A stretch of 64,000 bases of DNA, taken from Phoronis australis. Taxonomy: Eukaryota; Animalia; Phoronida. The stretch covers positions 337,645 through 401,644 of the forward strand of contig NMRA01000204.1 of assembly GCA_002633005.1 (NCBI GenBank). Reading direction: 5' to 3'. Below, one piece after another: positions 45,101 through 60,439 of the stretch. A model generated the notes under the pieces. That model saw only the letters and a program-made list of their open reading frames with translations, was not told the DNA's origin and did no database searches. The position numbers were made by a program, and so were the translations under genes. Position 1 is the stretch's first letter, and the number at the start of each line of letters is the position of its first letter.

Positions 45101-45222
45101 GTGTGGAGTGGGACTACTAGAACGCTGTTGTAAACACATTCCCAGCTCAGTTGAAGTTGTTCGCTAGCTGAACCACGCCATGGGTACACAGGTGTGTCAT
45201 ATGGCGTTTCATTAACAGCGCA

Positions 45223-45568
45223 AGTTCCAGAATGACATTACCACCAAGATCTACAGTAAAATATCGCACATGACCACTTTGTTCAATTTTCAAGTGGTTG
45301 TACAACTATTGTGACCATCGCCATTTGCTCAAATATTGTCTAGGTACAGTACAGAGCAAGAAAATTCTAAAGCATTACATTAGTTAAAAGATAAAAAAAA
45401 ACTTGCCAGTTCCAGTTACATTACCACCAAGATCTACAGTAAAATATTGCACAAGAGCACTTTCTTTGATTTTCAAGTGATTGTACCACTGTTGTGACCA
45501 TCGCCACTTGTTCAAAATATTGTGGGTATAGTACAGAGCACAAAAACCTTGAAGCATTAATTTGGTTA
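45223..45568. repeat. ~185-bp diverged tandem duplication
   Basis: acattaccaccaagatctacagtaaaatat and tgtgaccatcgcca each occur twice. Confidence 0.88.
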
Positions 45569-48500
45569 GAACATACAAAAAAACAATTGTTCGCCAAACT
45601 GTCTCCAAAGTTGATGAGATTTTACTGCAGTTTTCTAAAACACCAAAAGGAGTTAAGTTATTCGAGCCTCAAATAACAATTAAAAATAAGTCACTTGCTT
45701 CGGGCTTGCTTTGACCAAAAAGGCTTTTTTTACCCAGTTCGTAATTTGGCATTTGATCAGACATGGCTTCAAATTGCTGCCAGCATGGGGAATTTCCAAG
45801 CCATTTGAAAACCTGATCTCTGACATCTTTTCATATGAAACAAAATACTGCCACATACTTTAGCTAGGCCCAGGTAAGTCCATCTTGGGTTAAAAGTTCA
45901 CCATGAGGTACTATTAAGGTAATTGGTATCGTGACCCACAGTCATATGTAATATAATAATCTTCATTAACATGAAGCCTGTGTTAACTGCAGTTCACATA
46001 TGACCTCAGGATAGCAGACTTCTTGGATGCAAAAAATCGATAACAAATTGGCGACGCTGAAGAATTTCGAATTTATATTGTTAAAAATCATTGCGTTATT
46101 GATAACTAACTAGGACAATGAAGCGATTTTGAAAAATTAATCTTTTTTCAAAGGTATGCGTATTAGAGTTACATGAACTTTTCTGAAATACCCAGCATGG
46201 CAACAATTATGAAGTGGCAACAGAATCCAACAAACAAATGAACACTTAGGCCACACGCAATGACTTTCTTTACATGTAAACTTGTATCTTCATTACTCAA
46301 CCTCTCCTCATTTAACGAGATGAGGCTTAATTACTTAGCATGCCAACGAGGCTCCCACAAACTGATCATCGAAATCAGCTATTCAGAAAAGCCAACACAT
46401 TTTACGCAAATCTCCAGCAGAGCTAACAACTCTCCAAACTTGGAGACCGTAAACAGTTACTTTTGGATGCTGCTAGTACACACCCAACTCGGGAGTGACT
46501 TAATTCAGAGAAATCTTCAAACGCACTTATCACTAATTACCGAGGCCTAGTCGATGAACGCTACTGACATTCTAGAAACTCTGAATCATGCCACCCTCAT
46601 AGACAAATTAGCAAAAATATGAGAAGTGCGGCATGCTTGCCAACAAATTGCCTGTAATTTTTAGATGATGCTCTTGTGCTCTTTTGCGATGGGCGTGAAG
46701 GGTTTCATTAGGGGGAGGTGCCGGCGAGTGTCACCTTTGTGTGCTAGAGTTAATGTCTAGCAATTGAATTGCTGTGTACGCCTGCAGGCATAGATGTGTG
46801 ACGGATGAACAACATATGCAAGAAAGTACATACGCACTGGGGATTCCTGATTTACAGTAGAGATTGGAAGTTGCCAAAAACTATTTTAGGGACATCCAAA
46901 CTTTCATAACGTTTGTAAAGAAGACTGTGCGCGACTGTCTGAAGAGTTGACATACCTAGGCAGGTTGTGTACAGCTATGGTGTAGAAAAAGTCATGCAAT
47001 TCTATATGAGCAGTTGAGCTCCTGTAGCAAGCAACTACTCAAATGGTAGTGTAGTGCTCAAACCACTGAGCTCCACAGTCTGGTACTGGGAGCCAAGTAT
47101 AGTGTTCATATCACGCCAACTTCACAGGGTTATATCTCTGCCGTGAATGGTGGCAAGCTGCAGAGATCACGTACAAAGTTTGAGAAGCAAACACTTGCGT
47201 GATAACTCACAAGACTAGAACACAGCCCAGACATAATGCCAAGGCAAATTTTGACTGTTTCCCGAAATTTTGTACACTAGCAATTGCCATACCGGTAATT
47301 CAAAACTCTGCAACCACAAAATTTGCTGAAAATTCCACCAATCTAATAATAACTATATTTCCAGTCTCTAACACGGCCCATGTCCCAATGTTCACAATCA
47401 AGGAAATGTAATTTTGACTAGAATTTCAGTTTTGCAATTTTCAGAGACTGTATCTAACTGGAAATTTTTTACCATAGACCTAACTAATCCTAGGAAATAT
47501 TTTAATTGGGAGCCAAAGTAGCACTTGACAGGCAAATTGGCAATACGGTAAAGTTTTTTAAGTATGAACAAAAGATTGACATTTTCCATTTTGAAAGCTT
47601 ACTGCATTGTTAGAAATAGACAAAATTTCGCAAAGTTTTCATTGCTGACTGTTGTTTAATACAAAACCATGCAAATGACGAAGTTTTATACTTATTTATT
47701 TTTTGTTGAAAATTTTGGACAAAATAAAGTTTCACTGTTCAGCCAAGTTGTGTTCTAAACCCAGGCAGGGTTCACAGCTGTAAACAAAGACCTATCAGTA
47801 ACTTCCTGTACATAAGATTATTCAAAGGTATCTGTAATGTTCCAAATCCATTAATAAAATTCTAATTTTACTTAAAAACCACAAAATCCCACTGTAGGTC
47901 AAGAAGACATAACTGCAAACGACCATTCCTCTCAACAAATGCAGAACATGCCAAAGTGCTCCTGGAATATAGATTTAGTTGTGACAGTTAGGGTGAAACG
48001 GAGTGAACAGTTCAAGTGGTCAGTTTGTCCAGCACAAACAACACAGTTCAAGGACTGGTCAGCTGTTTCCATATTTGGCCAAACGAATTGATAAATCAGA
48101 TTTGTCCCCTCAATAGTGCATTAGGGATTTAGATATCATAAAAGTCCGACAGAAATGCGAATGTTCAAATGTAGACTAGGCAGAAACGTAGCATATGCTG
48201 AAGACATTCAGGGCTCATAAGTAATGCAAAACAATAATAATTTGACAAAAATCAGCTGTATGTACTTGTGAAGTAACGGTTACTAAAACCTCTGGTAAAA
48301 ATATTGGTATGCATATATAAGCCCCAAGCGAAAAGTAGCATAAATTTAGAAATGATGAACTTTGTCTGCATCATAAGGCCACATGGACAGCTTGCGGCTA
48401 TCTGTCATTCCATGATATTAACTATTAACATGGGGATATGAAAGGGATAAGGTCATGCCTGGTCACCTTTGTATACACCTGATTAGATAAGTTATGAAAT

Positions 48501-48761
48501 TGTAGACAACATGTTATCTCAAGTTGTTCCACATGTTCAAACACTGGGTATTCTGGTTAGCAGAGTTCACGTTTACATCATAATATTGTAGTTGGTAATG
48601 TTTGGCCAGAACTCCCAAGACAAACAACAAGTTTTGCAAAGGCCGTGTCGGCCAAACTGACGATGTACTTTAAAGTTTCAGTAATGACTCTGCAGTTGGA
48701 GAATTCACATTTCAGAGTCAGTGAATCAATCTCAGAAATGACTGTGTCAGAAAGAATTTAA

Positions 48762-49269
48762 GGTTATGTAAGACCCAAACAAAATTTCGAATTTAGCTAA
48801 CTTCGGATGAATTTAGCTAACGTCCGATCATCTCAGAAATGGCTGATCCGCTTCACATGAAACTTTCGCAAACTGTGCTAGTTTCTTGCACTGTTCTCAA
48901 AAACATTGTTTGGAATTCTTTTTAAAAAGTTCAACCTTTGCATGAGAGGTTATCAAAAAACAAGAAAATAATGTTTTAGAAAACTGTAACAGCGTTTTTG
49001 AGATCCCATCAAGAACATTTACATCAAATAAGACTAGACCATGTTATTGATAAACATCGTTTTCCTATTAGAACCTTTCTATTTTGCAAAATTTTACTAA
49101 AACGACTTTACATAAGCCAATAAATGGCAGGTTGGAAAAAGTTTAAAATCAAATACTACAGGCTTTCTCCTTGCAGGAAATATCTAATTTTCTTTTACCC
49201 AGTTAAAATCTACAGTTTTGTAGACATTTGGCTAAATATGCAAACTTGTCATTAAGGTCCTACATAACC
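48762..49269. mobile_element. Full-length ~510-bp MITE, TTAA-flanked with GG termini (Kolobok-like)
   Basis: ttaa|ggttatgtaagacc ... ggtcctacataacc|taa; at least 6 related copies in the window. Confidence 0.78.
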
Positions 49270-50108
49270 TAACAGTGCATTTTCAATAACAACATTACCA
49301 CAGAATTGTGTACAGAATATGTTTGACACACAAAATCCGAAAAGCATCACATTTTAACACCATGTATCCTTGATAGACTAAAGTGAACCAGCAAGAATGC
49401 CCATGGAACACACTTGTGAAGCAATGGATCACTAGACTTTCTTATGACAAAAACCTGCCCAGCAAAGCTTAATTAGCATAAATTACACCAAAACAGTCCA
49501 GCTGTCAATCATGAGAATTACTGGAAGCAACCCAGCCATTGGTCCACCATGCCAAGACAGTGACATTTTATCAAGCTGCTGTCTACAACACAGAGCAAGG
49601 CATCACACAGGGAAATAGTATGTTGATAAACACTGAAAGGTCGGCACCATCTGTGAGTTTACAAACTATGGAAACTGCCACTCTCAGCTAGGACACATCA
49701 CCTGGATGTGCAAGTCTCCTTGGGGAAAGCTACCTGTCCACCTAAGTTTCTTACAGGCCAATGAATACTACACTGAAGGTTATAATTCTAAAAAGGTTAA
49801 ACAAATATCAATCCTAATTTCAGAAAAATGCAGTTTTGGGTCAACTTCCCAACATGTGGCAAAAATCAAAAATAATCCGTTTCACCTTCCCCCGTCTCTC
49901 GTAGACTTACAGGTTGCGAAATTCTTCAAATCCTGATTGTTGAAATTTTAAGGATTCAAAGTAAACCTTTTTAAAAAATGGCAAACTGACATGCAAATAG
50001 TTCCTTGATATAAATATCAGCTTATGAGAAGACGCACACTGTAGACTCAACTGTGCGCCAAACAGATGTATTTACATACATCCTCAACCGAAAGTTGTTC
50101 ACGCACAC

Positions 50109-50466
50109 ACTTACCCTAGAACAACGTGCACTAGTGCAACTTGCCCCACTTCATAAGCAACACTTTCACTCACATATGTCCAATAACTAGTGCAAGGTGC
50201 CAGTTGTGGTCGTGCGCATGACAATGAACAGTCGGTGCGAATACGGAGGGAAAAAGAAGACCCGTGATAATTACTTTTGTCCAGCTCCATGTTTGCAACC
50301 ACAGAGTGATTAGGGTACAAGTGGCGCAAGTTACCCTATAACTAGTTACCCACCTCAATAAGGTGAAGTTGTCACAAGTGGGGTAAGTTGCACTAGTTTA
50401 AATAGTGCCAACAGAGCCCTTAAACCTAGCGACAACTCTCCAGGAGTAACATGTTCTAGGGTAAGT
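50109..50466. mobile_element. MITE with nested inverted repeats
   Basis: acttaccctagaaca ... tgttctagggtaagt (15-bp perfect IR) plus internal actagtgcaacttgccccactt vs aagtggggtaagttgcactagt. Confidence 0.75.
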
Positions 50467-51873
50467 CTGTGTGGACAGCACTTAAGCAGCCCCACATCCA
50501 TAAGGGGCAAATATTCCCTGCATGTACAGGACGACAACCAACACTCAAAATTATTACTTAGAACTATCAACGTTTCTGGGTAGACAAGCATAATATTGGT
50601 TTATTCTGAATTTCAAGTGGTATAATTAAAGGTTGTAAAGCATATATTTCACAACATTCTTTCTTCTTTTAGTCATCATTAATTCTTTTTTCCTTATGTC
50701 ACCATTACCTCTTATTTTTACAATGAAATTATCACTTCGTTAATCCTGCCATTTTATAAACATGGTTTCTCAAATCACTTTCAAACAGAAAAAGTGCATC
50801 TCAGTTTCCAAACAAAAGATCAATTTGTAAATACTTCAACAGTGATTAGCAAAAAAAAATAAGTTTAATGGACTTTACATGACCTGATCCACTGAGAGCA
50901 GAGAACCCCCCACAACGAAAATTAGAACCAAACTCAATCGAAAAACTTCTGAACCATTTCAACCCTAATGTCAGCCATTACCCACTCTGTCATGGCTAGA
51001 CCACCACCCACAAGGACGGAATTCAAATATTTATTTATTCAACATGTCATCAGACACTTTTCTTTGTCTTGCAAAAAAACAAACATGATATCAGTTACAC
51101 TTGCATAATACTGACACCTCTTGCACATGTTATAGGGTGCCATTTAGTATGTAGGAAAATCTACTACCGTATGTTTTCTTATAAAAGAAGTAAACTGACT
51201 AAAAAAACTCTTATGTTGACACAAGTGTTTTGATACCATAAAACAAATCCCATGTCCGCGTATATCATATCATATGTACGTGAAACGACCATAATCCTGT
51301 GTTTATGTTTGACACTTTTAAAACTTTGAAATTCTCACAGAAATTTGAAGTTGTTTATCCTTTGAAACCCAAACATTGCCAAGTGGAAATGGATACCAAG
51401 CACTGCAGACAGCTTCGTCCTATCTTCAAAAAATAACTCTCAGCTCACCTCAGGAATCTCACAACAAAAAAAAATATTCCAAAGACAATGCCACTAAAAC
51501 TGCACTTTGCCCTAAGTAACTGGCTAAAAACGAAAATCAAATTATGTCTTTTAATCTCATAACATAAGACTCTACTATTCCTTACCATGGTAGGATTCTA
51601 CTTTAAATAAAACAATAACATCAGAACCATCAACGACTACCTGTGTATCTGCAATAGCCATTGCTCTATGCAGTGGAGTATACACCCAGCTGCGACCAGC
51701 AATCTTTTGATAAAAATTGCTTGCTACCTTATCCTTTGCCAGGTTTTATACAACACAAAATGACGCACTGGTCAAATTTTAAAGTTCACAACAGACATTT
51801 GGGAACAGCAGAACTTAGCATGCTAAGGGCCATTGCAGGAAAACTTCCAACTGACCTGCCTACCTCAAGTGAA

Positions 51874-53968
51874 CAATAGCCAAACTGACAGCTCTCACAG
51901 GTAAAGGACAAAACAAGTGGACAAAACAGCAACCAAGTAATAAGCAAGTTCATTCGGTTATTGCCAGATTTTTGTATTTTCACTTTGAAGTGAGCTGCCA
52001 GCTCAGCTATCATTCACTTCAGGCAGACAGCTCAGCTCATAACTCTGTCTGCAGTGGCCCTTACAAAGGTTTGTTTTTCAATGGGAATTCCACTACAAAC
52101 TTTTAGAATTGGAAACAGCCAGACATGATGAGATAGTAAATCTTCAGGCCTGGCGTTCATTGAATGACTGTATGTTGCAAATATCTCAAGTACTTCAGAT
52201 AATATTCAACAGTGTTAAAAAAGCAGGCGACCAACTGAGCAATACATGATGTTTACAATAAGTAGTGCAATGGGCTAGAGACCAGTTGGGACTGCTAACA
52301 GGCAAGTTATGTTGGGAATCAAACCCAAGTATCAGGGAGATGCCTCTGCAATGCTGAGTCACCGCAAAGCAACACTAGGAATTCAAGGCACACATGCAAA
52401 AATTTAAACCTGGTATTTCTGTATCAGAAAGTGAACACGAAATGACAGAAGTTCTTTGACTAGAAACAGGATATTTCATTTTCACACATACCTATAACGC
52501 TACTGTCGAGATTTTAGATTAATTATTCAAGTCATACAAGATTGCAGTCAGCTCCGATGTTCCCAAAGAATGCAAAAAATCAACAATTCCTTGCTGGATG
52601 AGTAGTGACATTGTGTGAAAAAGGTAAAAAAAAAACAGCTTGGCTCAGAAAAATGGATGCATTCAAGCACACATGCGTAAATCATGAATAATGCTTAATG
52701 GAGAGAGACTTGACATGGAATCCTATCCATTTCCAGAATGCGTGGCCTCAGGGGGTCTGTAACACAATACCATAGTACTTTTTGTGATGGGGTGATCTTT
52801 GTTTCTAGAACAGTGGAATGTTGATACCACAGCATAGTTAACTGGCTAAAGGATCACTTGGAATATGGCGTGTACTTAGTGTGAGCAACCCCCAAGAGGC
52901 AGAATAGTACACTATCATCCTNCAATAGCCAAACTGACAGCTCTCACAGGTAAAGGACAAAACAAGTGGACAAAACAGCAACCAAGTAATAAGCAAGTTC
53001 ATTCGGTTATTGCCAGATTTTTGTATTTTCACTTTGAAGTGAGCTGCCAGCTCAGCTATCATTCACTTCAGGCAGACAGCTCAGCTCATAACTCTGTCTG
53101 CAGTGGCCCTTACAAAGGTTTGTTTTTCAATGGGAATTCCACTACAAACTTTTAGAATTGGAAACAGCCAGACATGATGAGATAGTAAATCTTCAGGTCT
53201 GGCGTTCATTGAATGATTGTATGTTAGAAATATCTCAAGTACTTCAGATAATATTCAACAGTGTTAAAAAAGCAGGCAACCCACTGAGCAATACATGATG
53301 TTTACAATAAGTAGTGCTATGGGCTAGAGACCAGTTGGGACTGGTAACAGGCAAGTTATGTTGGGAGTCAAACCCAAGTATCAGGGAGATGCCTCTGCAA
53401 TGCTGAGTCACCGCAAAGCAACACTAGGAATTCAAGGCACATCCAAAAATTTAAACCTGGTATTTCTGCATCAGTAAGTGAACACGAAATGATAGAAGTT
53501 CTTTCACTAGAAACAGGATATTTCATTTTCACACATACCTATAACGCTACTGTCGAGATTTTAGATTAATTATTCAAGTCGTACAAGATTGCAGTCAGCT
53601 CCGATGTTTCCAAAGAATGCAAAAAATCAACAATTCCTTGCTGGATGAGTAGTGACATTGTGTGAAAAAAGGTAAAAAAAAACAGCTTGGCTCAGAAAAA
53701 TGGATGCATTCAAGCATACATGTGTAAATCATGAATAATGCCTAATGGAGAGAGACTTGACATGGAATCCTATCCATTTCCAGAATGCGTGGCCTCAGGG
53801 GGTCTGTAACACAATACCATAGTACTTTTTGTGATGGGGTGATCTTTGTTTCTAGAACGGTGGAATGTTGATACCACAGCACAGTTAACTGGCTAAAGGA
53901 TCACTTGGAATATGGCGTGTACTTAGTGTGAGCAACCCCCAAGAGGCAGAATAGTACACTATCATCCT
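51874..53968. repeat. ~1.05-kb near-identical direct duplication around the single N at 52922
   Basis: 51874-52921 vs 52923-53968 with few SNPs and indels. Confidence 0.93.
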
Positions 53969-53996
53969 CGTTATGAAGATAAGTCACACATCAACG

Positions 53997-54120
53997 CTGG
54001 TGTAGACACACGCCAATACTGGTGTAAACGCGCACCAATACTAGCGTAGACACGCGCTAATACCGGTATAGACACGCCCCAATAGGGATGTAGAGACACG
54101 CCAATACCGGAGTAGACACC
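53997..54120. repeat. 22-bp minisatellite, about 5.5 units
   Basis: ctggtgtagacacacgccaata-like units. Confidence 0.85.
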
Positions 54121-57100
54121 TAACTTCAGTAAGAGTGGTTTTGTCGCCTTTTGCAATTAGCTCAAATACCTGTTTTGATGGTCCAGCAGTACCCCCCTAC
54201 CAGTAATAAGGAAGACAGCCAGGGAAGAATCCTGATCGTGGCATACATATGGATCGTATCTTATCCTTCAGTTCGAGATGAGTAAGCCTAAGTGTTCAAG
54301 CATGCGCTGGAGTTCTAGAGTTAATATGCTCAAGTATTTCTTGAAACTAACCATCCAACATTGCAGAGGGGGGGTGCAGAGAGGGGAAAACAGCTTCAAC
54401 CATTTTTTCTGCCTAAACTGGTCCCTCATTTAATACCATGTTTGAAATTCTGGACCTATGGTAAGAAGGATCTGGGCATGGGTATGTAACAACAGCCTTG
54501 CGATAAAATCTGTGTGTGTAATCCACTCAATGAAGAGTATCCCAGATATTTCCCGGCAAGACAATTGTGCATTGTTTGGAAAATGTCTGGTACTGGTAAC
54601 AACACATGCATAACAAATTGTCAAATTAGATGATACATAAATCCAGTCAAGCGTTGTCAAGCAGTATCGTGATATGAATTGATTCCATGCTTTTTTTAAT
54701 CTAGAGTCTCAGGATATGTATTTAATTTGCTACTTCCTCAGTTGGAGTTCATATCTAGACATTATCGATCAACGTTTGAAAAAGGGAGCATAAAACATAT
54801 ATTGTATAACGCGTTAACTATAGCTGCCGCATGTCAAACCATTATTGTCAACATCCCCACGACGACTGTCGCGATTGTCAAGAAATCGGGTTCAGATCAG
54901 CACCAACTAGTATACAAGGCATGTATGTATGAGAACACAGTCAGTTGCCACTGGTGAATAAAATCCACGAGTTAAAATGAAACCAATCGTGTCCAGGGGC
55001 GTACATCTAGGAGTTTCACCGAAATGTGTCGGCCTGTCTCGGAACCTTTATGGCTTATTAGAAAATTCAGCTTCCAGTATTTGTACAGACTAGCGCCATC
55101 TCATAACTCATCAATCTGCATAAGTTATCTCCATTCCTTCAGTATTAATTACATGTCATAAATCAGACAATACATCATTTTTATTACAATCCTGAGGGCG
55201 AGGAATTCAGCTTTCAAAAGTGCTACAATTTCCCCTTGTTATTAGCATGACAACTTTTATGCTTATTAAAACGAAACCTACAGATTGAAGTTGAGTATTA
55301 ACAGACTATCCGCAATCTGGAAACATGTTTTTCACTCCACCCATTTCTGCTTATAGCCTGTTGAAACCATGTGTACAACTCCCAGTCATATCCACCACAT
55401 CCAACAGGAACATGGAAATGCCAAGATCTGACAGTATGTAAACAACCACTAAATATATCCCAAAGTTTGTTTACCTGCTGCCAGAAGGCAGTACAACACT
55501 AGAGCACTACTGAGCTCAGCACCTCTTGATGTACACAGTTTGCACTGTTATCAAGCTGGTGTCTGATGACTTGCCCCCCAAACATGAGTGGAGAATGGAC
55601 GTGGCAAACCACTAAATAGGGTAAAAATTGTTCAATATTGGGACAAATTGCTAGAATAACTATGTTTTTGTATTTTTCAGAAGATTCCCACAGTACATTT
55701 TAGCAATTAACCAAATGCTGTAACAAACCTAAACCAAAACCTAAAGGGTACTATAGCACCCAAACTTCCAAAATAAAAAGTAGCATCTGTACAGTAGAAA
55801 ATTTGATTTTTTCATTTTTCCATGAAAAATGTCATGGGCCCAAGTTAATTATTTTCCATGTTCGTGATCCATATCATAGTCATCATAATACTTTGAAACA
55901 ATGTGACCACCAACAACAATGCTAGCAGCAACTGAAAAATGAAAAGGGCAATCCAAAACTGATGATATTTTCCTGTGATAACGTTGTGATGTACATTTCC
56001 CTTCTACAGTGAAACTATGTCATTCATCCTATAAAATAAGACCTTGCCATTCCAATAGAATATCTTCTACACTAAAACATATAATGCTAAGTACTCAAAT
56101 ATCTCAAGAACACCTCTTTCAAGCTTGAACAAGAAGTGCTTAGAATTATATTTATCTTAGGATCACAAAAATGGTAGCTGAAGTTTTCCAGACTAAAGAG
56201 AAGGAGATTTGTGCAACTGTACGCAAATGTTCAGGATTAGCCAAGCAGACAGTTAATGGATAATTCCGTACACTCAGCTTCTCCTGATTAGAATGCTTAA
56301 GCGATTCTCTTTGAAAAATACATTAAAACACCGCATCTCAATAAGAGGCCACCGTGCTGAGCTATATTTCTGAGTGTAAAAAATACGGGAGCAAATAGTA
56401 AACGGTAAAGGCCTTTCATGATAGGTTTAAACACTATACATTGATATCAGCAGGGACGAAATATTTGAAGCCATTCATCTTTTCACAGACATTTGAACAA
56501 TGAAATCTTCTACCTTATGAATTATGAGAAATGTGATCATCTATGACAACAAATGATGGTTGGATGACTACATTTACAGACTGGAACATCCTCAAATATT
56601 TTTGCTGATTAGTTTCTGTTACAGGGACACCATCGGTTTCACGGATACAAAATGCATTTTTTTGATTATCATCAGACACTGGATAGACTTCTTGAAGTTA
56701 TTAGCTTGGACAAAATCTGTTATTTTATAACAAATCGCCAAATCTCATCCTTGTATGCCAGACATTTGCTGAACTCAAGGCCATGTCTGTGCCATTTAAA
56801 GACACTTTAAAATGCTCTGGTATTAACAAGTGGGATTTGGCTCAGCAGCGGATTATTCAGCTACTACAGGCCAGCTAGTGAGTTAACTTCTACCCTCCAG
56901 CTAATTTCTGTAAAATAACTTTTCTTAACCGAAAATGTCCTTTAAGAGTACAAGGACAACTTTGCGAACGGGACTTGTTGAGATGGTCACGTTGTTAATA
57001 ACGATGACAATTCTTTATGTTGGGACAAAAATGGTTGATTAAAAATTGGCATTTTTGTTCAAAATTTTGTCAGCTACGGGAATAAACAACCCAACTTAAC

Positions 57101-60100
57101 AACTCGGGGAAAACTTTCTTAGTGTTTATTTTTAGGAGTAATTCCACGAAGTGAAATTTCATTTTTTTATCACATGGTATCCCAAACAAACAAACTTTTA
57201 CTGTAAATAGCTTTAATACATCTTGAGTAGGTCTCATTAGGTTTCCCCTTAAGGCAATGATTGACTTTGATATCAATAAAGAACGCAACAATATCCTTTG
57301 TAATGGTGAGTGAGTTGTGTATAGCCAGAACAATCAACAAGGGTACTGCTAGTAAGAAGGCTGTAATCCCATCTCCACTCAAATAGGGTTAATTTCACCA
57401 ATTTCAGATGAGAATAACAACCAACAATTCCTCTTTTTCATTTTCCATATCTTCTGACAAAGATGTGTTGGCTAATAGAAGCTATCTAGGGTAGAGAAAT
57501 GGAACATGTTAAAAGCATCAATTTTGTGCTACACACCAACAGGGTTAGTTAGTTTTAGGACCAGTTACCACATCAATGGCGCATAAAAATTTTCTTATGG
57601 TCTCACATGGGCCAGTGGGTGCAAAACAATTGAGTCGCAATCATGCCTCATATTGCCATGAATAATATGAATGGCATTCAGATTCTAATGCAAGGGCAAT
57701 GTAAAGCAGGCCCTCAAAATTAATGTCTGTGACCAAAAAAACATTAGCACTAGATCAAGTATACTGAGCATTAAAATATAAAGATCTCAACTGTGCATTT
57801 ATGTGTCTTGTCTACTGTTTAGACCAATCACTAACGGTCCCTTGTAACAGAAGAAATCACATTAAAATCCTCCCCCCCAAATACTGACGTGACCCATAGG
57901 TCTTCCAAGTTGGTCCAAAAGCCATTTTTTTCTAAAACGATCCTTGGCTACATAGGTTTCAGGGAAAGCAAGAAAAAATCACTACCGTAGTTATCTGCCA
58001 CAATGTGTCCTGACCTGGTGAAATATTACCGTAAGGAAGTAATGGTCATGCACATGAAAAGTGAGCAGACAGGCTGCCCAGTGCCTAGTGGATTAGTTAT
58101 TTTCTTAGTTTTACACTAATAGGGAAAGCCAATTCTTTGTCACCTTTGAAATAGTAACATTATCACCCTATGCATTATGAAAACAGCTTCATCATGCCAA
58201 GTCTTCAACATCAATACTCAAAAGGTTTGAGTTAAGCACATCCAGAGGCTACATCTGTGCACCAGTTGTTCTATACATTACCAATAGTAATCTATGCTTC
58301 TTGACACCACCACCAGGTGTATACATATCTCACTCACTGTTGTCACAGGTGGCTTTGTTCGTGTTACCTGGCTGGGAAACATAGCAGCAGAGCGAAGCCA
58401 CAAAACTGACAGAAATGTTGGACTTATTACCGTAGCAACTGGGGAGACTTTTAGGAGTTAAACTTAATCGCGCTCAAATGTATTAGTAAATCATTGACAG
58501 AACAAGAAAATTTTTGAGACATATCAACGCTTGGAGCGGCTCTAACCCAAAGAAGCAAGCTTGTGATTCACATTTATCAAGTTGGTTTCAAACTTGTCCC
58601 TTGCTCAGATGAGAAGTGACTTCTGTGTTTGCAAAGAATTGACCCTTCGTTATCGTTATACCATGAGAGCATACTCAGGGCATAAAATGACGCCGCGTGA
58701 ATAATTGACAAGTAGATTCTCCGTCTCCAGGAATAATGAACTGTCAGTTCTTTCCAAGCTCTGTTATCACCTTTAATTTCACAAAGGGACAACACAAGTC
58801 TAATTTCATTAAGGAAGCAGTTTAAATTAAAAAAGTTGTTTTTTGTGGTGGAAACGAGTTCATTACCACTATAAGTATTTATTATTCAACAAATCTACCA
58901 TCTGAAAATTTAACATTTGATAACTGTTTCTGCAATTTCTACATCAAAGACATATTCCAGTGCCTTGTCACTTCTCTTCGACTTTTTCAAATTTTTCTTG
59001 TGTTGAAACTGCGCGTCACATCATGTATCATACCCTGTGATTCCGTTTTTAAAATAAAAGCTTCTCTCTTGCTCCAAAACACAAACTAATTATCGGGTTT
59101 CATACCATAAAACCACAACACCTCAACATCCAACATCAAAGTATTAACACCACATGAAAGCAACAATAACGGAGCTCAAAAATAACACATCGCATGTTTG
59201 ATGTGTGCTTCCCAGAGTCTAGGAAGTTTGAGATAAAATCGCCCAGGAAATGCGACAAAATGCTTCCTCTCTAGGTTCTGGAACTAATGAAGTGTGTATT
59301 GTTAGAAAAAAATGTGTGAGTCATAGATTTCACATGATTATTAAGACGAACCACGTTGATATCACAGACAGGAAATAGAGACCAGGTTTTGTGCACAGCA
59401 CGGGAAATGTTCCATGGATTTGTTAATGGCATATGATTAGTACAGAGAAGAATTTTCTTGTTAACACAAATGATTTAGAAGTACAATGCAGCACTACTTA
59501 GGTCAGGTGAAAGAATGGTGAACCTTTCTGTAGAAGCATCCAATGAACTCCAGTGTGTCCGCGGTTTTATCCCGTGTACCCCGATGGGGACCCTGACTCG
59601 CTGGTTAAAAAAAACAAAACAAAGACCAAAGATGGCGCTGCAGAGGGCCTTACAGTTGATGACGTAATACAGTACAATTTTACTTTAAACTCCATATTGC
59701 CTTGTTACACTGGCTAAAAATTGCAAACTGAATTAGGAATTATACTCTCATAAAATCAGTCTCATAATCTTTCTTACCTTGACAGGATTCTATTTACAAG
59801 AATGACAAGAACGCCAAAATTATCAGCAATTCAGGAAAACACTTCAGAGTTCATTGGGAATGACCAACACTAAATTTATTACTTCAAAAATGGCACATGT
59901 ACGCATTACCTGTGACTCAAGTAGATAACGGAAATAGAATCCCATCACTGCAAGGAATGTTATCAAACAGCTTTTGTTCAGAGCAAAAGGTCTAATACAA
60001 TTTTTTAGACATTTAAGCAGGGTATATTAATGTAGTTTTAAATAAACGATCTTGACAAAAACATGGAAAGGGAGGACCCCTAAGAGGAAGTAGAGTGAAA

Positions 60101-60439
60101 AAATAGTTCAACAACATTTTACCCTATTAAGCGCAGTATCAACAAGCAACCCTTCTATCAACAAGCAACCCCAACAAAGCCCCTCCTCCCTTCACATTCA
60201 ACACCTCTGTTTTGCGGACTGTGTGTGTCGCTCAGTGGGAAAGCACGACTCCAAGACTTCTTTGTTCAAAAACAACCATCACAACTCCTCTCAAAATAGA
60301 TGGAATAAACAGCAGAGTTACGCAACTCCCCTGTGGAAAAGGTTAACTCTATTCTATGCTCTAACTTATGACAAACGCCCCAGTTAGCCGTTCATACTGA
60401 CTGGCACTTCCGTAAGGATGTAGGTATGAAAAGTTCTTT

